DNA from: Candidatus Avidehalobacter gallistercoris
Lineage (GTDB): Bacteria; Bacillota; Dehalobacteriia; UBA4068; UBA4997
Assembly: GCA_018715045.1 (NCBI GenBank)
Contig: DVMH01000022.1
Span: 10,291-74,290, forward strand
Direction: 5' to 3'
Length of the DNA: 64,000 nucleotides
Part shown: piece by piece, positions 57,388-64,000 of the stretch
How positions within the stretch are numbered: position 1 is the stretch's first letter
Layout of the letters: each line of letters opens with the position of its first letter
Notes under the pieces: model-generated
Databases searched by the model: none
What the model saw: the letters and a program-made list of their open reading frames with translations, nothing else
Told to the model about the DNA's origin: nothing
Made by a program: the position numbers and the translations under genes

Positions 57388-57933
57388 ATGGATAAAAAAG
57401 AAGTTCGGCGGCAAATGCTCTCAATGCGGCGGTTGGTTACGCCGGAGGAGCAGCAGAAGGCCAGCGCCATAATTTGTGCCCGGCTATGGCGGCGGTTGGA
57501 GCAATATCCCTCTGGAGTAGTTTTGAGTTATCTTGCCTATGGGCGGGAAGTTGATCTGACTTTGCTTCACGAACGGCTGTGGCAGAGCGGGCGGCAACTT
57601 GCCGTGCCGCGCACGTTTGGTCTTGTACCGGGTGAAATGCGGGCGTCGCTGTACCGCAAAGGCGACGAGCGGATCAAGGTGGCGCTTGGCGTTTATGAGC
57701 CGCTCGGTACGCCGGAGGTGAATCCGGCGGATATCGGCGTGGTGCTGGCGCCGGGGGTGGCGTTTGATGTGCGGCTTAACCGGCTGGGTCACGGCAAAGG
57801 GTATTACGACCGCTTTCTGCCGAAGCTTTCGGCGGGGGCGCGGGTGATAGGCATAGCATATAAATGGCAGGTGCTGCCGGAACTGCCCGTAGAGCAGTTT
57901 GACCGGCCAATGGACGAGCTGGTGACCGACTGA
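57388..57933 (+). CDS. 5-formyltetrahydrofolate cyclo-ligase
   Basis: KKEVRRQMLSMRRLVTPEEQQKAS...; GVAFDVRLNRLGHGKGYYDRFL matches the MTHFS family. Confidence 0.8.
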   Translation: MDKKEVRRQMLSMRRLVTPEEQQKASAIICARLWRRLEQYPSGVVLSYLAYGREVDLTLLHERLWQSGRQLAVPRTFGLVPGEMRASLYRKGDERIKVALGVYEPLGTPEVNPADIGVVLAPGVAFDVRLNRLGHGKGYYDRFLPKLSAGARVIGIAYKWQVLPELPVEQFDRPMDELVTD

Positions 57934-58072
57934 CATGCGGAAAAACGGGTAAGTTGCCGATTAACCTCGCAATTTACCTGATTTTTTTGACGTTTTGGGG
58001 CAGGTTTGGCGGCGATTTTGCGGAAAAATAAGGTTTAAGAAAAACCGGACGGGGAAAAGAGGAGCACGAAGC

Positions 58073-59305
58073 ATGAAACAAACCTTAGAGCAGAAAATCA
58101 GCGGTGAACTGGCTGATATGGACTTAAGACCGGAGGCGCTTTCCGGTGTATTAAGCGAGATCATCAAAACACAGACGCTGTTCAGCGCGATTTGGGCGGT
58201 ACTTCCGCTGGACTTGGCTATCGTGGATGGTGATGGCAGAGTGCTTGCGGCCACGCCGCGGCTTTGGCGCGAGACGCTGGGTATAAAGCAGGATCTGCCG
58301 GGCGGTTTTCTTTCAGCGGCACTCTCCAACGTCAGTTTGGATGTGCAGACGATGGCTAAACTGGATAATGCTCTTTCAGAGGGGCTTGGTTTTGCGGGAA
58401 CTCTGAAGCTTAGAAGCGGCAAGAACCGTCTGCTGGTGAGCGCACAGCCGCTCACCAAGGCTGAGCCGGGCGAGGGAACATTTCTGGTGCGTTTGATGGA
58501 TGAAAAGGCCGCCCAGGCCTCAGATAAAAACTATCAGCAGGAAATCTTGCGTGAATACGAGGCCAATCTGCCGTTCGCCCAGATGGGCAAGGTGGCCGCA
58601 GGCGTGGCGCATGAATTGAAAAACAGTCTGCAGCTTTTCAGCGGCTCGGTGCAGATAATGCAGGCCAGCTATCCCGACGATCCCTCCGTGCAGGCGCATC
58701 TGCGCGTTATCAACGACGAGGTGGTGCGTTCCAATGAACTGCTGTACGGCTTTATGGGCATGGGCCGGCAGGAACATAACGTGACGGCCTATCAGTTGAA
58801 CGATTTGGTGTCGGAGGTGCTGCCGGTGCTGCAAGGTGAATGCCGCCTTAAGCGGGTGGAATTGAACGCTGATCTGGACGAGAGTCTGCCCAGGCTGAAG
58901 CTCGACCGCACCCGCATTAAGCAGGTTCTGATTAACTGCGTGATGAACAGCGAGCAGGCTATCATTGCCAGGCGGGAAAGCGAGCCAAGGTTTTGGGGTG
59001 AGATAACCATTATAACACGCTGGAACGCGGCGAACGCGGAGGTACGGCTAAGTATCAGTGATAATGGCGTGGGATTGACCGAAGAACAGCAGCGGCGTTT
59101 CTTTGAGCCTTTCTATACGTCTGCTAACGGCGGGCATGGTCTGGGCACTGCTATCAGCGAGGCGATCATTCAACTGCACGGCGGGCGTATGGAAGTCTCA
59201 GGTGCGCCCGGCAATGGCTGCTGCGTGACGCTGATTTTGCCGCAAAAGACCCGCTTTGCCGCTGACCCGGCTGATGTTTATACCGAGGTAGCCAAATTGA
59301 TGTAA
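58073..59305 (+). CDS. Soluble sensor histidine kinase (PAS-like N-terminus, HisKA + HATPase_c); no adjacent response regulator
   Basis: H-box AAGVAHELKNSLQ; G1/G2 boxes (ISDNGVGLTEEQQRRFFEPFYTS..GGHGLGTAI); no TM segments. GAGGAG SD precedes ATG 58073. Confidence 0.8.
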   Translation: MKQTLEQKISGELADMDLRPEALSGVLSEIIKTQTLFSAIWAVLPLDLAIVDGDGRVLAATPRLWRETLGIKQDLPGGFLSAALSNVSLDVQTMAKLDNALSEGLGFAGTLKLRSGKNRLLVSAQPLTKAEPGEGTFLVRLMDEKAAQASDKNYQQEILREYEANLPFAQMGKVAAGVAHELKNSLQLFSGSVQIMQASYPDDPSVQAHLRVINDEVVRSNELLYGFMGMGRQEHNVTAYQLNDLVSEVLPVLQGECRLKRVELNADLDESLPRLKLDRTRIKQVLINCVMNSEQAIIARRESEPRFWGEITIITRWNAANAEVRLSISDNGVGLTEEQQRRFFEPFYTSANGGHGLGTAISEAIIQLHGGRMEVSGAPGNGCCVTLILPQKTRFAADPADVYTEVAKLM

Positions 59306-59390
59306 TCCATGCCCCTTGACATAGATACCAAAACTTAGTATACTTATCGAAAAGGTAGGTAATAATTGTCGGTTAGGGGGCTGGATCATA

Positions 59391-61895
59391 TTGCGGAAAT
59401 TTAAGGTTATGGGCATGAGTTGTGCAGCCTGTAGCAGCCGGATAGAAAAGACTGTGTCAAATGTGCCGGGCGTATCCTCCTGCACGGTTAGCCTGCTCAC
59501 CAACTCTATGGGCGTAGAGGGTGAGGCGACGAGCGAAGCAATTATTGCGGCTGTGCGCGCGGCCGGCTATGATGCCGCAGTGGAGTGCGCTGCGGCGCAA
59601 ACGGCATCTGCGAATCAGGATTCCCTTAAGGATATTGAAACGCCGCGGCTGATGGCGCGCTTGCTGTGCTCGCTGGGCTTTTGGCTGGTGTTGATGTACG
59701 GCACGATGGGGAATATGCTGCTAAATCTGCCGCTGCCTGGGGTGCTGGCGGATAACCCGATCACCATGGCGTTGGCGGAACTGTTGTTGACTGTTATCGT
59801 TATGGTAATTAATCAAAAATTTTTTATTTCCGGCTTTAAGGGGCTGTTGCATTGCGCGCCAAATATGGATACGCTGGTGGCGCTGGGCGCGGCGGCGGCG
59901 TTTGTTTACAGCTTGTGCGTAATGTTTATGATGACGGTGGCTGAAGCTTCCGCCCAGGCAGCTTATCTGCATGAGTTATATTTTGAATCTGCCGCCACTA
60001 TTTTGACGTTGATAACACTGGGCAAAATGCTGGAGGCGCGTTCGAAAGGTAAGACGACGGACGCGCTGCAAAGCTTGCTGCGTCTTTCGCCTACCATGGC
60101 GGTGGTATTGAAAGACGGCGTGGAGCAGGACGTGCCGGTGCAGGATGTGCGGCAGGGCGACGTCTTTATCGTGCGGCCGGGCGAGCATATCCCGGTTGAC
60201 GGAGAGGTTTTGCAGGGCGCCAGCGCGGTGAATGAGGCGGCGTTGACCGGGGAGAGTATACCGGTGGAGAAAGCCCCCGGCGACGCGGTTTCTGCTGCCA
60301 CGGTCAACCAATCCGGGCATTTGACCTGCCGTGCCACCCGAGTGGGCGAGGATACGACGCTGGCACAGATCATTCGGCTGGTTAGCGACGCGGCGGCAAC
60401 TAAGGCCGAAATCGCCAAACTGGCGGACAGAGTTTCCGGCGTGTTTGTGCCGGCGGTTATTGCGATTGCTCTGGTGACGGCGGTCGTCTGGCTGGCTGTG
60501 GGTGAAAGCGTGGGCTTCGCGCTTGCGCGGGGCATATCGGTGCTGGTAATCAGCTGCCCCTGCGCTTTGGGGCTGGCTACGCCGGTAGCGATCATGGTAG
60601 CCAGCGGTATGGGCGCCAAGGCGGGCATTCTGTTTAAGACGGCCGCATCGCTGGAGGAAATGGGCAAAGCGGTTATCGTGGCGCTGGATAAGACAGGAAC
60701 GATTACCCGCGGTGAGCCGGCGGTGACGGATATTCTGCCGGAGCAGGGCGTCGCCGCGCAGGAGTTGCTGCGGCTGGCTGCGGCGCTGGAGGTTAAAAGC
60801 GAACACCCGCTGGCGAGTGCAGTGGTGCGCCGGGCGCAGGCGGAAGGTCTGATATCTGCACAGGCGGAGGATTTTACCGCTTTACCGGGGCTGGGTTTAA
60901 GCGGCACGTTAAACGGTAAGAAGCTGCTGGGCGGTAGCTTGGCGTATATCAGCGGAGAGACTGCATTGCCGCAGGCGGCGCGTCAGAAAGCGGAGGAACT
61001 GGCAGGCGCGGGCAAAACGCCGCTGCTTTTTGCGTATGACGGGCGGCTGCTGGGTATAATAGCCGTGGCAGACGTGATAAGAGAGGGAAGCCCCGCCGCT
61101 ATCCGTGAATTGCAGCAGCTGGGCTGTCGGGTGGTGATGCTGACGGGCGATAACGAGCGCACAGCGGCTGCTATCGGGCGCGAGGCCGGGGTGGACGAGG
61201 TGTTTGCTGAACTTATGCCTGCCGGCAAGGAGCAAATCGTGCGCCAGCTTGGTAAGCTCGGCAAAGTTGTCATGGTAGGTGACGGTATTAACGACGCTCC
61301 GGCGCTGGCTGCGGCGGACTTGGGCGTGGCTGTCGGCGCCGGAACTGATGTCGCCATCGACGCGGCGGACGTGGTGCTGATGAAGAACAGTCTGGCTGAT
61401 GTGGCGGCGGCGGTGCGCTTGAGCCGTGCAACGCTGCGGACGATCAAACAAAATCTGTTCTGGGCTTTTGCCTATAACGCGGCGGGCATACCGTTGGCGG
61501 CTGGCGTATTCATTCCTCTGTTCGGCTGGCAGCTGAACCCGATGTTCGCGGCGGCGGCCATGAGTCTTTCCAGCTTCTGCGTGGTGACCAATGCTCTTAG
61601 GTTAAACACGTTTAAGATGTATCCGCCGACTGATCGGGCAGAAATTGCACTGAAAAATACAACGCTAATTAAGGAGGAACCTAAAATGGAAAAGGTTTTA
61701 CACATTGATGGCATGATGTGCGGTAATTGTGAGAAGCACGTGAAGAAAGCGCTTGAGGCGTTACCGGGTGTGAGTAAGGTCGAGGCCAGTCATGTTGACG
61801 GCACGGCTGTGGTGACGATCTCCGGTGAGGTCAGCGACGAACAGCTTAAAAGCGCCGTGGCGGCCGAGGATTATACCGTCACTTCTATTGATTGA
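59391..61895 (+). CDS. copA: Copper-translocating P1B-type ATPase with N-terminal HMA domain and an additional in-frame C-terminal CopZ-like HMA domain
   Basis: [13 protein letters not shown] (HMA), [30 protein letters not shown]; C-terminal [19 protein letters not shown]... (second HMA) preceded in-frame by an AAGGAGGA SD and ATG. TTG start at 59391 with an AGGGGG SD. Confidence 0.85.
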   Translation: MRKFKVMGMSCAACSSRIEKTVSNVPGVSSCTVSLLTNSMGVEGEATSEAIIAAVRAAGYDAAVECAAAQTASANQDSLKDIETPRLMARLLCSLGFWLVLMYGTMGNMLLNLPLPGVLADNPITMALAELLLTVIVMVINQKFFISGFKGLLHCAPNMDTLVALGAAAAFVYSLCVMFMMTVAEASAQAAYLHELYFESAATILTLITLGKMLEARSKGKTTDALQSLLRLSPTMAVVLKDGVEQDVPVQDVRQGDVFIVRPGEHIPVDGEVLQGASAVNEAALTGESIPVEKAPGDAVSAATVNQSGHLTCRATRVGEDTTLAQIIRLVSDAAATKAEIAKLADRVSGVFVPAVIAIALVTAVVWLAVGESVGFALARGISVLVISCPCALGLATPVAIMVASGMGAKAGILFKTAASLEEMGKAVIVALDKTGTITRGEPAVTDILPEQGVAAQELLRLAAALEVKSEHPLASAVVRRAQAEGLISAQAEDFTALPGLGLSGTLNGKKLLGGSLAYISGETALPQAARQKAEELAGAGKTPLLFAYDGRLLGIIAVADVIREGSPAAIRELQQLGCRVVMLTGDNERTAAAIGREAGVDEVFAELMPAGKEQIVRQLGKLGKVVMVGDGINDAPALAAADLGVAVGAGTDVAIDAADVVLMKNSLADVAAAVRLSRATLRTIKQNLFWAFAYNAAGIPLAAGVFIPLFGWQLNPMFAAAAMSLSSFCVVTNALRLNTFKMYPPTDRAEIALKNTTLIKEEPKMEKVLHIDGMMCGNCEKHVKKALEALPGVSKVEASHVDGTAVVTISGEVSDEQLKSAVAAEDYTVTSID

Positions 61896-61904
61896 AAAGC
61901 AAAT

Positions 61905-61940
61905 AAAAAAGTGCTTCTGGAGTAAGAAGCACTTTTTTAT
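61905..61940 (+). terminator. Rho-independent terminator after copA
   Basis: AAGTGCTTCT-ggagta-AGAAGCACTT followed by TTTTTATTTT. Confidence 0.65.
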
Positions 61941-62090
61941 TTTATGTGCCAAATCGATTTGGTGTTCCCGGCCTAAATCCTTGAATATCGAAATGAATAC
62001 AAAGAATAGATGCCAAGAAGTGAACGGATATGGGCATTTCTTATGGTTATACGCCAAAGATGATTTTCCACAGGTAGTTTAACCATCAAA

Positions 62091-62130
62091 ATAGAGCTAT
62101 CATCTGAATAGAGGCGGTAGCTCTATTTTT
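62091..62130 (+). terminator. Hairpin with T-tract (ATAGAGCTA-18 nt loop-TAGCTCTAT TTTT) in AT-rich spacer
   Basis: Seen directly; no convincing upstream gene, so function is uncertain. Confidence 0.3.
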
Positions 62131-62254
62131 GTACACGATAATCCGTGCAATATGGTATCATGGCTATAAAAATTTTTGCGAGATTTTTGTAAGATTTGAG
62201 TTCAAAAGTGGTGTATATAGGTGAAAGGGTAAAAATGAAAGTGAGGTGGGTTCA

Positions 62255-62662
62255 ATGGATGATGCGCAGATAGTCCAACTATACTGGGATAGAAGTGAGC
62301 AGGCAATCCCTGCTACAGCAGACAAGTACGGCAACTACTGTACTTCGATTGCCAAGAACATACTGGTAAACAAACAAGATGCAGAAGAATGTGTCAATGA
62401 TACATACTTGAACGCATGGAACTCCATTCCGCCGAACAGGCCGGGAAATCTCTCTACCTTTCTTGGGAAGATTACAAGGAACTTATCAATCAAACGCTAC
62501 AATCGCAATGCTGCGGACAAACGAGGCGGTGGTCAATTGCCGGTAGTTTTGGATGAAATGTTGGAACTGGTATCAGATACAGATAGTGTAGAGCAGGAGA
62601 TAGACCGCAGAGAACTTATATTCGTTTCCGCTTGCCGATTCCGTACCGGAAGAATTATTTGA
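62255..62662 (+). CDS. Sigma-70 region-2 (ECF-like) domain protein, possibly frameshifted/disrupted
   Basis: DAEECVNDTYLNAWNSIPP resembles ECF sigma region 2.2. Low GC. A second open frame with no start codon (62604-62861) continues downstream in another frame. GTGAGGTGGG SD precedes ATG 62255. Confidence 0.4.
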   Translation: MDDAQIVQLYWDRSEQAIPATADKYGNYCTSIAKNILVNKQDAEECVNDTYLNAWNSIPPNRPGNLSTFLGKITRNLSIKRYNRNAADKRGGGQLPVVLDEMLELVSDTDSVEQEIDRRELIFVSACRFRTGRII

Positions 62663-63048
62663 TGTCGTAGACCATCCTATTTTTGATATTGACGAACTGA
62701 CATTGGAAGCTGTCAGCCGCAGATCCTACTTTATCAACGAGAACATCGACACAGACGAAATCAGAATGACTTTCGGTGTCCGTTATGGGGATATTGTTGT
62801 AGATGTTACGACTAAGGGCGTATCGCCGGAATGGATTTATGAGCAGCTAATAAATATTTGAAAGCAAAGGTTGTATTCATTTTAGCTATAGTGGCTGAGT
62901 AAATGCCCTGAAAACTGAATACTGACACCAAAAGACAGCCGGGAAAATTTTCTATGCCGGCAAGCAGAAAGGAGCGCCCAACCATGATAAAAACTGGCGA
63001 GAAATCCCATGAGAAACTGCCCCATTAGTTGATAGCGGTAGCCTGACA

Positions 63049-63086
63049 GGAAAGAGGCTATTCCAATTTTGGAATAGCCTCTTTCC
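63049..63086. repeat. Perfect 16-bp inverted repeat (GGAAAGAGGCTATTCC-aatttt-GGAATAGCCTCTTTCC) 3' of the GltD-like gene
   Basis: Seen directly; no flanking U-tract, so it may be a terminator/processing hairpin or a protein-binding palindrome. Confidence 0.35.
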
Positions 63087-63177
63087 TATGTTACCTGATG
63101 AATAAATTTACATTTGGTCAAGCTAACCATATTCCGTGAACACAAAATGGAATTAGGAGTATTTTATTTGCGTGGGG

Positions 63178-64000
63178 TTACTGCCGTTCTTGCAGCAGCC
63201 TGTGCATATTGGCAGCTACGCGTTTGCCTGCTGTAACGGCGCTGACCACAGTCTTTGGTCCTGTCACCACGTCGCCTGCGGCGAAAACCATATTTTTGGT
63301 GGTCTGGCCAAACTCGTCTACCACCAAAAAGCCGTCTTCGTCCACCTCTAGACCGGTTGTGGAATCTACCAGGCGGCGACGCGGTCCCTGGCTGACGGCG
63401 ATAATCACCGAATCGGCCTCAACCTGCTGGCGCTCTTTGGATAAGCCGGTACGCTGACCGTTCTCGTCAAACAGCACCTGACTGAAAACGGGGCCCAGAT
63501 CGTTGATTTCCACCACTTGCAGGCCGAATTCCATCTCCGCCCCGTCCAACTGGGCGTACATTAAATCGCGCTTGCTGGCTTTGGCAACGAGAGATTTGGA
63601 GTATAAAACCACCTTTTGGGCGCCGTGGCGAAAGGCAGTGCGCGCTACGTCTATCGCGGTGTTGCCCATACCGATAACAGCGACGTTTTTGCCGAGCTGG
63701 TGCTGCTCAGGATTGGAGAGATAATCCAGTCCAAAGCGCACGTTGCCCCGGCTTTCGCCCTTTACGCCGAGTGTTCTCGGCCGCCAGACACCGCTGCCGA
63801 TAAACACGGCCTGATAATCATCACGGAACAGATCGTCGATACGGAGAGCGTTGCCGATGGTGGTGTTCAGGCGGATACCGACGCCAAGCTGTTCCAGCTT
63901 TTGTTTGAAGCGTGCCAGTATTGTCTTGGGCAGACGGAATTCCGGGATGCCATATTGCATAACGCCGCCGATCTTGTTCTTGGAATCGAATACCGTCACG
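63178..64000 (-). CDS. FAD/NAD(P)-dependent pyridine nucleotide-disulfide oxidoreductase, glutamate synthase small-subunit (GltD)-like; C-terminal part, N-terminus beyond window end
   Basis: VAVIGMGNTAIDVARTA (second Rossmann motif) and VFAAGDVVTGPKTVVSAVTAGKRVA, typical of GltD/PreT/sulfide dehydrogenase beta-subunit proteins. The ORF runs to the window edge. Confidence 0.7.
   Translation of the reverse strand, partial: VTVFDSKNKIGGVMQYGIPEFRLPKTILARFKQKLEQLGVGIRLNTTIGNALRIDDLFRDDYQAVFIGSGVWRPRTLGVKGESRGNVRFGLDYLSNPEQHQLGKNVAVIGMGNTAIDVARTAFRHGAQKVVLYSKSLVAKASKRDLMYAQLDGAEMEFGLQVVEINDLGPVFSQVLFDENGQRTGLSKERQQVEADSVIIAVSQGPRRRLVDSTTGLEVDEDGFLVVDEFGQTTKNMVFAAGDVVTGPKTVVSAVTAGKRVAANMHRLLQERQ

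Noticed and set aside
59963-60907. 314-aa and 276-aa minus-strand ORFs inside copA
   Set aside because: Antisense to the P-type ATPase core; Ser/Ala/Thr-rich artefacts of high GC.
1-64000. CRISPR arrays, rRNA genes, IS/transposase or integrase genes
   Set aside because: No direct-repeat/spacer periodicity, no rRNA-like conserved stretches and no transposase/integrase-like translations were seen in any frame.

Overview
This 64 kb window is high-GC (~58-60%), densely coding chromosomal DNA from an endospore-forming Firmicute, probably a Clostridia-class organism. That placement is an inference from gene content: spoIIID, the HU-yabO-yabP-yabQ-divIC-yabR cluster, and the glmU-prs and tsaE-tsaB-rimI-tsaD orders typical of Firmicutes. 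Most of the window is housekeeping: a partial biotin locus (BioY-like/bioW/bioF), argS, alr, the glycogen operon glgB-glgP-glgC-glgD-glgA with pgi downstream, map, tyrS, prs, glmU, corA, glk, pgm, tsaEBD/rimI, two tRNAs (Leu-CAG, Pro-TGG) and a copper P-type ATPase. No CRISPR array, rRNA or obvious transposase was seen. Several features merit a second look, listed here by coordinate:
- a CTP-synthase homolog whose glutaminase catalytic triad, and probably the synthetase Asp72 equivalent, are substituted
- a 1091-aa GH13 alpha-amylase-family / GH77 4-alpha-glucanotransferase fusion closing the glycogen operon
- an uncharacterised module: a Pro-rich membrane protein divergent from a DUF815-like P-loop ATPase plus a small membrane protein
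- a tyrS gene with no room for a T-box leader
- a MarR-type wHTH fused to a GT8 glycosyltransferase
- a MazF/EndoA-type toxin gene with no antitoxin gene upstream
- CopA with an in-frame C-terminal CopZ-like domain that keeps its own SD and ATG
- three paralogous PaaI-like hotdog domains
- two lower-GC islets, one carrying a sigma-factor-like gene that appears frameshifted
All calls rest on reading the translations and motifs by eye; no database search was possible.
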